Source of the DNA: Shigella phage KRT47
Reading direction: 5' to 3' (one strand)
Sequence record: MN781580
DNA: 64,000 nt
A program made the position numbers and the translations under genes. Shown here piece after piece: positions 49,450-57,852 of the stretch (position 1 is its first letter; each line of letters opens with the position of its first letter). The notes below the pieces were generated by a model. It saw only the letters and a list, made by a program, of their open reading frames with translations, made no database searches and had not been told where the DNA came from.

Positions 49450-49863
49450 TCACTCAATTTCGGTTTCAATTAATTTTGCTAGTCTAAATATAATATAACA
49501 ACAAATATAAGCACCACACACAGATTGAACTAATACCATTCCAAAGAACCAAACAATATTATCAAACAATGTCTGTTTTACGTCGAAAGGACGTAAACTT
49601 ACAGTAATATTATCGCCTTTTTCTATTGATGAATACATCTCTGGTGAAATATATTCGCTAAATCTATAACCGTCTTTGAGTTCATATACAGCAATAAACG
49701 ATAAACTAGACCCCTTTCCTTGAGTTCCTGTAAGGGTATTAACTACAGTAACATCATAATCTTTATAATGCATATAATCATTAATTGCGTAATAACCATA
49801 TGCAACTACTACACATAAACAGCATATCAATAAATTCAATCTTTTAATTATCAACTGTTTCAT
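49450..49863 (-). CDS. Membrane protein, 137 aa
   Basis: N- and C-terminal hydrophobic helices with Cys-rich segments; ATG at 49861-49863. Confidence 0.55.
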   Translation of the reverse strand: MKQLIIKRLNLLICCLCVVVAYGYYAINDYMHYKDYDVTVVNTLTGTQGKGSSLSFIAVYELKDGYRFSEYISPEMYSSIEKGDNITVSLRPFDVKQTLFDNIVWFFGMVLVQSVCGAYICCYIIFRLAKLIETEIE

Positions 49864-49895
49864 AATAATCTCAATTAAAAGGGCTTAGAACCATT

Positions 49896-49911
49896 ATACC
49901 ATCCTTGGTAT
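49896..49911 (-). terminator. Short stem-loop (atacca-tcct-tggtat)
   Basis: Inverted repeat read in sequence, upstream of the membrane protein gene. Confidence 0.3.
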
Positions 49912-49918
49912 AAAGCGG

Positions 49919-50446
49919 TTATGCGAGTACCGTCTTTAACCGTTCTTCAAATTTCCGAAGAGTGTTCTGGCGTTCAGCTCTTTGCTTTTTGTAAGTTTCA
50001 ATACGCTCTGAAATGAGAGTGTATCGTTCATTTACTGATTCTTTCATAAAATCAGGAATTTCACGAGAAGCTTTAATCTCGTCAAATTTATCAATAACTG
50101 CTTGCTCTTCAGCAATTAAGTTATCATACATCAAAATATCCTTTTTGATGAACTCAATATCTTCTTGAGTTACACGAGATAATTTAGATGCTTTATCCTT
50201 TTTGTACTGTTCGTTAGTATCACGAGACCAGTGTAATGTACGATTTTTATTCGTATTCTTGTAAATTTCTACAATACCAATCTCATCGATAATAACGATC
50301 CAATTCCAACGAGATTTGTAAATTTGTCCTCCGTCAACCGTGATTTCACCTCCGATTGAGATGTCATTAAAGAACTTGCTTTGTGCTTCAGATTTAAATT
50401 TACCATCATTGTAGTTTACCAAGTTGAAAATATCTTTAGCATTCAT
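49919..50446 (-). CDS. Hypothetical protein, about 175 aa
   Basis: ATG at 50444-50446 with GGAGGAAC SD, downstream of an early promoter. Confidence 0.55.
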   Translation of the reverse strand: MNAKDIFNLVNYNDGKFKSEAQSKFFNDISIGGEITVDGGQIYKSRWNWIVIIDEIGIVEIYKNTNKNRTLHWSRDTNEQYKKDKASKLSRVTQEDIEFIKKDILMYDNLIAEEQAVIDKFDEIKASREIPDFMKESVNERYTLISERIETYKKQRAERQNTLRKFEERLKTVLA

Positions 50447-50473
50447 TTTTGTTCCTCCGTAGTTGATAGTTGT

Positions 50474-50503
50474 ATAGTACCACAGAGGAATGGTCTTGTA
50501 AAC
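50474..50503 (-). promoter_or_regulatory. Early promoter (-35 GTTTAC, -10 TACTAT) in a repeated cassette
   Basis: Minus-strand GTTTAC at 50498-50503. Confidence 0.5.
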
Positions 50504-50505
50504 CA

Positions 50506-50808
50506 CTAAAAGAAACTTCTTTCACAATTTTTTCCACTGAACCAAGCGCTCACTGCTTTCTTAGTCTCAGGAGCAGTGTTATCCATAAACCATTCAAAAG
50601 CAGCCTTTTTATGATTCTGGAGGGCTTCTCGGGCTTTAATCTGCTCACGGTCTATTAACACTAACATATGAGCCTTTCTTGTCACCAAGGGCTTCTTATG
50701 ATTCTTGGAGTATTCCCAGTCATTTGTCCAACGCATTGTCGTTGCGAACTGATGAACCGCGTCTTTAATTTTAGTTTCGTAAATTTCACGAGCCTTTGAG
50801 TATAACAT
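50506..50808 (-). CDS. Hypothetical basic protein, about 100 aa
   Basis: ATG at 50806-50808 preceded by GGAGGT. Confidence 0.5.
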   Translation of the reverse strand: MLYSKAREIYETKIKDAVHQFATTMRWTNDWEYSKNHKKPLVTRKAHMLVLIDREQIKAREALQNHKKAAFEWFMDNTAPETKKAVSAWFSGKNCERSFF

Positions 50809-50909
50809 CACTACCTCCATTTACCAGTTTAATTCTAGTCATCTTTTTGATGGCAGTCCATATAATCTATTTCTGAACTGCCTTTTTATCTTAGAAGGCC
50901 TCTTATGAA

Positions 50910-51878
50910 TTATTTCAGAAGAGTAACCTCAGCGATTTCTTCCCAACCGTTTTTGTCGGTCATAATAAAGTCAGCAAGATAAAGAGCAGTACGCAGTGAA
51001 ACATTGCGTAAACGATTAACATTGACTTTCATCCATGATAATGCTTTATAAGTTTCTTCATCAGAAAGACCGCGCTTTTGCATCATGTCAGTTGAAAGAA
51101 TAACATCTTCAACCCTGACCATAATTTCTTCATTAGTGTGAACACCCAAATCCAAATAAACTGAGCGGGACACTAATGCTTGTAAGTGTGGGGCAAGTTT
51201 AGTACCACGGTCTAATTCGCGGTCAATGTCAACGTTTGTGATAAAAACAATCGTTCCTTTAAATTCAAACTCACGCTCAATGCCTTTTTCTTCTAAGTAA
51301 GAAGATGCAGTGCTCCAGCAGACTTTGCGGGTCTCTCCGGTGTCCAGAGCAGCTTTCAGAAGATTAAGAATGTCCATATCAGAGAAAACATCCACATCAT
51401 CAATCAAAAGGACAGAATTCTCTTCACGATTATTCCAAAGCTGCTCATAAAGACCGATACCAGAGATTTTACCGTTAATGCTTTTATACTCAATGTATCC
51501 AATATCATTTGCTTTATTTAAAGCTTTATCTAAAGAATACGTTTTACCAATACCTGCTGCTCCCGAGATAATTAATGAACGAATGTTTCCGTTAATAATA
51601 CCATTCGTCATCATTCCCATAACATTAAATCTTTTATTAATGCGGGTTTTCATATCTTCATATGATTCTTTAACTTCTTCAACTTTTACACCATCATATG
51701 AAATGTCTGATTTGTAAACCCAAACACCGCGACGTTTACCGTCAATTTCAACAAAAACTTTACCATCTCCTTGTGCATCTACTGGAGCATTATCTGGGAA
51801 CCATTCGCCTAAGAGCTCAAAAGTTCCAGAGATTTCTTTACCGAAGTAGATACCCTTATTGATAGTTACAGTTTTCAT
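50910..51878 (-). CDS. P-loop NTPase, about 322 aa, with N-terminal beta-rich domain
   Basis: Walker A GAAGIGKT, Walker B LLIDDVD; ATG at 51876-51878 with GGAG SD and own early promoter. Confidence 0.65.
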   Translation of the reverse strand: MKTVTINKGIYFGKEISGTFELLGEWFPDNAPVDAQGDGKVFVEIDGKRRGVWVYKSDISYDGVKVEEVKESYEDMKTRINKRFNVMGMMTNGIINGNIRSLIISGAAGIGKTYSLDKALNKANDIGYIEYKSINGKISGIGLYEQLWNNREENSVLLIDDVDVFSDMDILNLLKAALDTGETRKVCWSTASSYLEEKGIEREFEFKGTIVFITNVDIDRELDRGTKLAPHLQALVSRSVYLDLGVHTNEEIMVRVEDVILSTDMMQKRGLSDEETYKALSWMKVNVNRLRNVSLRTALYLADFIMTDKNGWEEIAEVTLLK

Positions 51879-51912
51879 TTTATTCTCCAAATCCGTATCA
51901 GTTGATAGTTGT

Positions 51913-51942
51913 ATAGTACCATAAAGCTTTATGCTTGTAAAC
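51913..51942 (-). promoter_or_regulatory. Early promoter (-35 GTTTAC, -10 TACTAT)
   Basis: Minus-strand GTTTAC at 51937-51942, 18-nt spacer. Confidence 0.5.
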
Positions 51943-51972
51943 AACTTTGTGAAAAATTTTTGAAATAAAAAA

Positions 51973-51992
51973 AGGGAGCCCGAAGGCTCCCT
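51973..51992 (-). terminator. Stem-loop with UUCG tetraloop directly after the nucleotidyltransferase gene
   Basis: Plus-strand agggagcc-cgaa-ggctccct. Confidence 0.55.
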
Positions 51993-51993
51993 A

Positions 51994-53007
51994 TCATTTA
52001 TAATAACTTCGGTGGTTTTCAAGATAAACCTTCTCAAGGAAGTCATCCCAGAAACTCATGTCTACTTTTTGCTGCATACCGTTCTTAGAAGCTTCAGTAG
52101 ATGCTGCTTCTACTTGATCAACCACATCTTCCAAAAACTCTTGAACCGTTTTAAATGGATGTTTACCTAACTTCACGTCGAGAATAAAGGGAGCATCTTT
52201 GAGTGGATAAATCAAGTCGCCAGTTTTGTAAATTTCCAATAGTTGAAGTCCACCACGACAAGCATGACTCAGAGCTTTCCAATCAATACCTTCATTAGCT
52301 TCGGCTTTACGAGCACGTTCACCATATTCAGCATCTAATTTGTTCAGTGACTGCTTAAGCTCAATAAGAGAAAGCGTTGTCTGATATTTACGACCCAATA
52401 CAGTGTAGAACGTTTGTGGACCTGTTTTCTCATGATTATGGAACACCCATTCACAGAATTCGTTTTCTGGAAGACGATGCTTAATATCTTCAACTTTAGT
52501 GCGACGCTGCTTAATAGAACCATCTTCTTGGTAATCAACCCATTGCTCAGGGATTTGATTAACTACTTTCAATACATCGCGTAATGCAGCCAAACGAGAA
52601 CCCTTGACACCGTATTTAGAAGCTTGCTTGCGAACATATCCTAAATAGGATTTCATGTTAGTCGTATAAAAACGAGAACGGTTGTCTTGAATAAACTTCC
52701 ACACGTCAGGCAAATCAGATTTAACCACTAGTTCAGGTGGAGTGTGAAGCATATCCAATGCTACAGTTTCACCATCTGCTGCTAATTTAAAGAAATATTT
52801 AAGACTGTATAGTTCATGGTCAATATCATCTTTAGTGTTTTTAGATGATGTGTTATTAGTGTTTTTACTCATGTGCTCTTTGACATTTCCGATAAGAATA
52901 TCACGAGCAGGAGGAACAAAAATTTCTTTAAAATCTACATCAGATTCTGGGGTAGAAGTTCCATAAAGATGACTACCAAAATAGCTTTTCATTACTGTTT
53001 TCATCAT
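51994..53007 (-). CDS. Pol-beta superfamily nucleotidyltransferase, 337 aa
   Basis: N-terminal FGSHLYGTSTPESDVDF (GS-x10-DxD); ATGATGA overlap with the upstream membrane-protein stop. Confidence 0.6.
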   Translation of the reverse strand: MMKTVMKSYFGSHLYGTSTPESDVDFKEIFVPPARDILIGNVKEHMSKNTNNTSSKNTKDDIDHELYSLKYFFKLAADGETVALDMLHTPPELVVKSDLPDVWKFIQDNRSRFYTTNMKSYLGYVRKQASKYGVKGSRLAALRDVLKVVNQIPEQWVDYQEDGSIKQRRTKVEDIKHRLPENEFCEWVFHNHEKTGPQTFYTVLGRKYQTTLSLIELKQSLNKLDAEYGERARKAEANEGIDWKALSHACRGGLQLLEIYKTGDLIYPLKDAPFILDVKLGKHPFKTVQEFLEDVVDQVEAASTEASKNGMQQKVDMSFWDDFLEKVYLENHRSYYK

Positions 53008-53465
53008 TCAGCCTTATATTCAATAACAGGACATACTTTAGCTTTACGAGCTTTTAAAAATTCAACGATAATCGATTTCTTGGGTTGAATAGGAGGTAAA
53101 CCTTTATACGCCCTATCAATATTTTCTATGTGTAAAGCATAATCCTTTTTCCATTTATAATCTTTATATTTTTCATGCAAATGTGCAGGAATAACAAATG
53201 AACCAATAATAAGTAAAACAAGCAAAATGGCAAGTATAAATGCTGATGGAATAAGAGTCCATAAACTACCAAAAATAAGCCATTTCTGTATGATTTCTGC
53301 ACAGATAATAGTTAGACCTGCGAGTATAGTACATCCGAAAAAAGAAACGAAAAATGTAGGAATAACAACAGACCAAAAATATGCACACAGTGTCTTAGGT
53401 CGTTTCCATTCATCATTAAACATTTTGAATAATTTATAGTGCCAAGAGTTTTCATTAATAATCAT
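53004..53465 (-). CDS. Membrane protein, 153 aa
   Basis: Three hydrophobic helices; ATG at 53463-53465. Confidence 0.55.
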   Translation of the reverse strand: MIINENSWHYKLFKMFNDEWKRPKTLCAYFWSVVIPTFFVSFFGCTILAGLTIICAEIIQKWLIFGSLWTLIPSAFILAILLVLLIIGSFVIPAHLHEKYKDYKWKKDYALHIENIDRAYKGLPPIQPKKSIIVEFLKARKAKVCPVIEYKAE

Positions 53466-53467
53466 AA

Positions 53468-53989
53468 TTATCCTTTCATTGAAGGTGTAACAGTTGTTAA
53501 ATACTTAATCATAGCTTCAGCTTCTGATTTTGATAATGAAATTTCTCCATTGTTTTGACGAATAGAAATAAAATCCGGATGACGGTCACCACCAGCTTTT
53601 AAAATACACATATAAGTATCAGTTTCATCTTCAATATCTGAAATGATTGAAGCAGTTCCGCATGAATGTGGTTTTTGATAAATCAATGCAGCTTTTCTTC
53701 CACCGTTTGACTGTTCATAAACTTTTAACACATCAAACAAATCACTTCTTTTATCAATAGCTAAGATGTTGTTTTCATCTTCAATGTTAAATCCTTCGGA
53801 TACTTCATAAAGTGTCACCCATAAATCACCGATGTCAATAACAGCATTTCCTTTTCCACGACTTTCAAGAATATGACAAATTTTCTTGATTTCGTCATAA
53901 CTCATTTTAATAATATCATCTCCTTGAATAAGGAAGATGTCATTTTTAAATTTAACGCGAATTAAACCACTTCCACTTGAAATAAACAT
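53468..53989 (-). CDS. Hypothetical protein, 173 aa; paralog of the next ORF
   Basis: ATG at 53987-53989 with SD; C-terminal SEAEAMIKYLTTVTPSM shared with the 53996 ORF. Confidence 0.55.
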   Translation of the reverse strand: MFISSGSGLIRVKFKNDIFLIQGDDIIKMSYDEIKKICHILESRGKGNAVIDIGDLWVTLYEVSEGFNIEDENNILAIDKRSDLFDVLKVYEQSNGGRKAALIYQKPHSCGTASIISDIEDETDTYMCILKAGGDRHPDFISIRQNNGEISLSKSEAEAMIKYLTTVTPSMKG

Positions 53990-53995
53990 ATTTCC

Positions 53996-54553
53996 TCACT
54001 TTGAAATCATAGTTGGAATGACAGAATCAAGATAAGTCTTTAGCGCAATGGCTTCGTCTTTGGTAAATGTGACAATATGTGATCGAAAATCGTCAATTTG
54101 GCGAATAGTTAAGACATCTCCCTCTTCATAACATTTTGATACATTTAAAAGAGTTTCATCATTCTGATTGCAATCGTTAGTAATAATAGCATTGCAATTT
54201 TTGAGCCATTTTAAACTATGTTTTCTTTCATTAGAATAATAAAAATATTTAATCTTAGCTATAAAACTATCCCAATGAATAACTGATAAACACATTGACT
54301 CACTTTTAATATTAAATCCTGGGCATGAAGAATAAAAATGAATTTTGTGCTCATCATTGATGCTTACTATTTTATCAGTATAAGGATATTCAATTTGGGT
54401 TAAATGAATGATTTCATTAGGCGTAAAATACAGCATATCGTCTTCTTGCGTCAAACGATACATGTTATTTACTTTTTCTATAGCCAATTCACCAAAAAGC
54501 GGACTAACTTCTAATACTAATCGTTTCATATTGATTCTCTTCGACTCACTCAT
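53996..54553 (-). CDS. Hypothetical protein, 185 aa; paralog of the previous ORF
   Basis: ATG at 54551-54553 with AAGGAG; C-terminal TKDEAIALKTYLDSVIPTM. Confidence 0.55.
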   Translation of the reverse strand: MSESKRINMKRLVLEVSPLFGELAIEKVNNMYRLTQEDDMLYFTPNEIIHLTQIEYPYTDKIVSINDEHKIHFYSSCPGFNIKSESMCLSVIHWDSFIAKIKYFYYSNERKHSLKWLKNCNAIITNDCNQNDETLLNVSKCYEEGDVLTIRQIDDFRSHIVTFTKDEAIALKTYLDSVIPTMISK

Positions 54554-54678
54554 AATTACATACTCCTTTGAATAATATCAATAATGTTGTTCACCAGATT
54601 ATAAGTAAACATCGGGTGATAATATTGAATCATCACATACACAACAAACAAAATTTTCATTCTCTTCTCCTTGGCAGT

Positions 54679-54708
54679 TGACAAGATTACTATACCATAA
54701 CCTTGCCA
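54679..54708 (-). promoter_or_regulatory. Early promoter (-35 GTTTAC, -10 TATAGT)
   Basis: Minus-strand GTTTAC at 54703-54708. Confidence 0.5.
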
Positions 54709-54720
54709 ACTTGTAAACCA

Positions 54721-54894
54721 TTAAATGACGTTTTCAATAAAATTCTGAAGCTTTGTGTGAGCATCAACCATGATTTTCATTTCTTCCTTTGCGAAAGCTG
54801 TACCTCTTTCTCGAGCAGAATACTCATAGTCAGAAACTGCATTAGCATATTCTTCAATTAGCTTCATTAAAAACATCTGCTTTTCAGTTTTCAT
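54721..54894 (-). CDS. Small hypothetical protein, 57 aa (not in ORF track)
   Basis: Hand-translated MKTEKQMFLMKLIEEYANAV...; ATG at 54892-54894. Confidence 0.4.
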   Translation of the reverse strand: MKTEKQMFLMKLIEEYANAVSDYEYSARERGTAFAKEEMKIMVDAHTKLQNFIENVI

Positions 54895-55078
54895 TATTCC
54901 ACCTAATCATTTCAAGATATTGAACTAACTTAGCTTTGGATTTATCCAAATCTCTTTTAGCTGCTTCTATACCATCGTATGAGTATCCTTCACAATGCTC
55001 AACTGCCAATTGGTATGAATCTATTTCAATATCACGTGCTAATTTAATGATTTTTTCAAACTGTTCGCGTGTTAACAT
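54884..55078 (-). CDS. Small hypothetical protein, 64 aa
   Basis: ATG at 55076-55078. Confidence 0.45.
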   Translation of the reverse strand: MLTREQFEKIIKLARDIEIDSYQLAVEHCEGYSYDGIEAAKRDLDKSKAKLVQYLEMIRWNNEN

Positions 55079-55080
55079 AC

Positions 55081-55263
55081 TTAAACTCTCGTATTATGAT
55101 CGATAATTTCATCAAGAAACATATCTAAAGCTTCTAAAGCATTATCAACTTTAGCTTCAAATTCTTCAATACCTGATAAGGCAAAGTTAACGCGTTCCTC
55201 ATCTGCTTTGCGAATTAAAGCTACCAATTCTTTAATTTTATCTGCTTGTTCGATACTAATCAT
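55081..55263 (-). CDS. Small hypothetical protein, about 60 aa
   Basis: ATG at 55261-55263 (TAATG overlap); track extends upstream. Confidence 0.4.
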   Translation of the reverse strand: MISIEQADKIKELVALIRKADEERVNFALSGIEEFEAKVDNALEALDMFLDEIIDHNTRV

Positions 55264-55451
55264 TATTCCACCACATATGAAAGAGAGAATATTGCACACG
55301 CCATGTGAGTTGCAACTTCATCACACATATTATAACGTTTCTTAAGAAATTCTACAAGTTCTTCACTAGTAACTTCATCCATGTCGACGAAAAAATCACC
55401 ATTAATGATGACGTAGATATTTCCTTCTTGATTGAGTGCTTCAATTTTCAT
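55263..55451 (-). CDS. Small hypothetical protein, about 62 aa
   Basis: ATG at 55449-55451 with GAGGAG SD. Confidence 0.45.
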   Translation of the reverse strand: MKIEALNQEGNIYVIINGDFFVDMDEVTSEELVEFLKKRYNMCDEVATHMACAIFSLSYVVE

Positions 55452-55479
55452 GATGTTCTCCTCTTTATCCGATAGTTGT

Positions 55480-55509
55480 ATAGTACCACAGCTCAAACGG
55501 AAAGTAAAC
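55480..55509 (-). promoter_or_regulatory. Early promoter (-35 GTTTAC, -10 TACTAT)
   Basis: Minus-strand GTTTAC at 55504-55509. Confidence 0.5.
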
Positions 55510-55524
55510 CGGTAAAATGAAAAA

Positions 55525-55542
55525 AGTCTCCCGAAGGAGACT
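55525..55542 (-). terminator. Stem-loop with UUCG tetraloop directly after the rI.-1-like gene
   Basis: Plus-strand agtctcc-cgaa-ggagact. Confidence 0.5.
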
Positions 55543-55546
55543 AATG

Positions 55547-55933
55547 TTATTCGAGGGAAAGAAGATACTTACTCTGGTAAAACATTCCAGTAATATCATC
55601 TATCGTGCTTTGGATGGCTGGAGGCATTTCTTTATAAATGCTGTTAGATTGGTCTAGTATGTGATCAATCATTTTAATTGTGTCGGTAGGAAGTTTACTG
55701 GCATCTGGAATTGAAGGCGTGTATTTTCTACCAGAATACCCCAAATATTGCTCACCAAATTTATCAATCAAATCTGGCAACTCGGAGAAAATAAAATCGT
55801 ATGCTTTGTGTCTAGCATAACTTTTAGTTTCAAAATGCGCAGAATGAAAATAAGCTTGTGCAGCCATTAATAAACCTAAGTATTCATCTGCCTTTGAAGG
55901 TTTTCCACTTTGTGAAAAGTCGCTGAATTTCAT
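55547..55933 (-). CDS. Hypothetical protein, 128 aa (rI.-1 position)
   Basis: ATG at 55931-55933; immediately downstream of rI. Confidence 0.55.
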   Translation of the reverse strand: MKFSDFSQSGKPSKADEYLGLLMAAQAYFHSAHFETKSYARHKAYDFIFSELPDLIDKFGEQYLGYSGRKYTPSIPDASKLPTDTIKMIDHILDQSNSIYKEMPPAIQSTIDDITGMFYQSKYLLSLE

Positions 55934-56223
55934 TCAGTCTCCAATTTAATGTTCATAATTCTAGCGTATGATTGTGCCATCTCCGCGCCTCGCTCTATAC
56001 ATTCAAAATCGGAAGAGCACGGGTCATTTTTATAAGTCGTTCGCATAAAACTATAGAACTGTTCAGATGATTCTACGCTTTTATTTTCAAAAAGCATATA
56101 AACGTGTCTAATACCAGATTCCATAAATTTATCAAAATGAGGATCGACATTCGCTTCAATCGGTGGAGATAAAGCAAACGCTAATCCTAGCATGGCAAAT
56201 AGTGCCGTTGCTTTTAAGGCCAT
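55930..56223 (-). CDS. rI: Lysis-inhibition protein RI (antiholin), 97 aa
   Basis: Signal-anchor MALKATALFAMLGLAFALS and periplasmic domain; matches T4 RI as recalled; AGGAGG SD. Confidence 0.8.
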   Translation of the reverse strand: MALKATALFAMLGLAFALSPPIEANVDPHFDKFMESGIRHVYMLFENKSVESSEQFYSFMRTTYKNDPCSSDFECIERGAEMAQSYARIMNIKLETE

Positions 56224-56235
56224 AAAGGCCTCCTA

Positions 56236-56448
56236 TCATTTTTGTCCTGTATTTACTTTATGCCGATGCACGGCCTTAACTTTATCAAGGTATTTTTCAA
56301 AATTTCGCAATCTAGTATAGTCTGCCGGAGATTGGTTGAGTGATACTTCTCGACGCAAAGCTGAAATGATATTTCCAACTTCCCTACGAATTTCATCTAA
56401 TTGAAGAACAGTAAGATTGCGAAGTTGCTTTTCAGTTAATTGTAGCAT
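56236..56448 (-). CDS. Small hypothetical protein, 70 aa (rI.1 position)
   Basis: ATG at 56446-56448. Confidence 0.5.
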
Positions 56449-56473
56449 ATATACCCCTTTAGTTAGATAAACC

Positions 56474-56481
56474 TATTTATA
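56474..56481 (-). promoter_or_regulatory. Late promoter box TATAAATA upstream of the rI.1/rI unit
   Basis: Plus-strand tatttata about 26 nt upstream of the 56448 ATG. Confidence 0.45.
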
Positions 56482-56490
56482 ACTTTTGCA

Positions 56491-57072
56491 CTAACCGAGC
56501 TTTTTAGTTAATTCATTCCAATGTTTTCTGCACAAAGAAACATAAATTTCATCACCAATACAGATTTGATTACCTTCTTTAACTGGTGTTCCATCTTCCA
56601 TTAATCGAGCTGTCATAATAGCTTTTTTACCACAATGACAAACTGCTTTTAGTTCAATAAGTTTATCTGCAATCGCCAAAAGTTCTTTAGAACCTTCAAA
56701 TAATTTTCCAGCGAAATCAGTCCTTAGTCCATAAGCCATAACAGGAACATTATATGTATCAACAATTCGGCTTAATTGATGCACCTGTTCAGTTTTTAAA
56801 AACTGAGCTTCATCTACAAATACACAATGAATATCTTTTTGTGCTTCAGCCCATTTATAGAACTCAAAAATATCCATATCATCCGTAATAATATTCGCTT
56901 CCTGCTTAATTCCAATGCGAGAAACGACTTCACAGACAGAATCGCGAGTATCAATAGCAGGTTTAAGAACTAATACACCCATTCCGCGTTCTTTATAATT
57001 ATGCGCAGCAGTCAAAAGAGAAGCAGATTTTCCAGCATTCATTGCTGCATAAGTAAAAATTAAACTCGCCAT
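56491..57072 (-). CDS. tk: Thymidine kinase, 193 aa
   Basis: P-loop AAMNAGKS and C-terminal zinc ribbon CHCGKKA...C. Confidence 0.9.
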   Translation of the reverse strand: MASLIFTYAAMNAGKSASLLTAAHNYKERGMGVLVLKPAIDTRDSVCEVVSRIGIKQEANIITDDMDIFEFYKWAEAQKDIHCVFVDEAQFLKTEQVHQLSRIVDTYNVPVMAYGLRTDFAGKLFEGSKELLAIADKLIELKAVCHCGKKAIMTARLMEDGTPVKEGNQICIGDEIYVSLCRKHWNELTKKLG

Positions 57073-57081
57073 ATCACCTTC

Positions 57082-57267
57082 TTAAAGCGTATTCACATAA
57101 GCTATTAATTCGTTTTCTTTCTTATCAAACCGGTCAGCAAATTCTTCTTGCTGTTCGGGAGATAGCGGGCCGTATTCATCATAAAAGGTGTTTGCTTCTG
57201 TATGCTCATCTAGAAGTTCATGGATAAGCTCAAACAATTTATCTTTTTGTTCTTTGCTTAGGCTCAC
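57082..57267 (-). CDS. Small acidic hypothetical protein, 61 aa, GTG start
   Basis: ORF only; no in-frame ATG near the start. Confidence 0.4.
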   Translation of the reverse strand: MSLSKEQKDKLFELIHELLDEHTEANTFYDEYGPLSPEQQEEFADRFDKKENELIAYVNTL

Positions 57268-57436
57268 AGTATGTCAATCCCCAAAAGTTTTAAAATGACT
57301 CGTTTCTGATTCATAACCGCTACGATTGAATGACCGTTGGGGTCTTTTTGACCTGATCCAATTATAAATCCTTTTTGCGCAGAAAGTTTAATCAAAACAT
57401 CAAGTTCACGTAATAATTGATATTTTAAATCATCAT

Positions 57437-57649
57437 TCATTTTGGTTTACCTTCTTTAACGAAATCAGGATAAGGATAAAATCCTGAATAAAATCCTTCA
57501 CCTTTATGATTGATGCATCCTTTATTAGAACAATAGCACCAATAATCGAAATCACAAGCCATTTCATCGTTGCATAAAGCAAAAACAACCGGCCACTTAC
57601 ACTTTTCACAGTGGGCATTTTTAAGAATACTAGTTTGGCTCATAACCAT
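57437..57649 (-). CDS. Small Cys-rich protein, about 70 aa
   Basis: ATG at 57647-57649; about 10 Cys including CEKC and CYC pairs. Confidence 0.45.
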   Translation of the reverse strand: MVMSQTSILKNAHCEKCKWPVVFALCNDEMACDFDYWCYCSNKGCINHKGEGFYSGFYPYPDFVKEGKPK

Positions 57650-57852
57650 GTAACCTTTAAGCAATATTCTTCTACATGTTGTTTACGACCTTTCTTATCA
57701 ATAAAGGTATATTCAACGAATGTTCCAATGTAGTCTTTATCTACATCATGTGGACTATTAATTGGGCATTTAGTACGGCAAATGCGTTCCCATTGACGAA
57801 TAATTTCTGCTTTGTTTTTAGGATCAAACGGATGCGGGTAATGTACTTTCAT
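57640..57852 (-). CDS. Small hypothetical protein, 70 aa
   Basis: ATG at 57850-57852. Confidence 0.45.
   Translation of the reverse strand: MKVHYPHPFDPKNKAEIIRQWERICRTKCPINSPHDVDKDYIGTFVEYTFIDKKGRKQHVEEYCLKVTWL

Noticed and set aside
57433-57618. 61-aa ORF overlapping the Cys-rich ORF in another frame
   Set aside because: Frame alternative of 57437-57649; the Cys-rich frame has the ATG plus SD.
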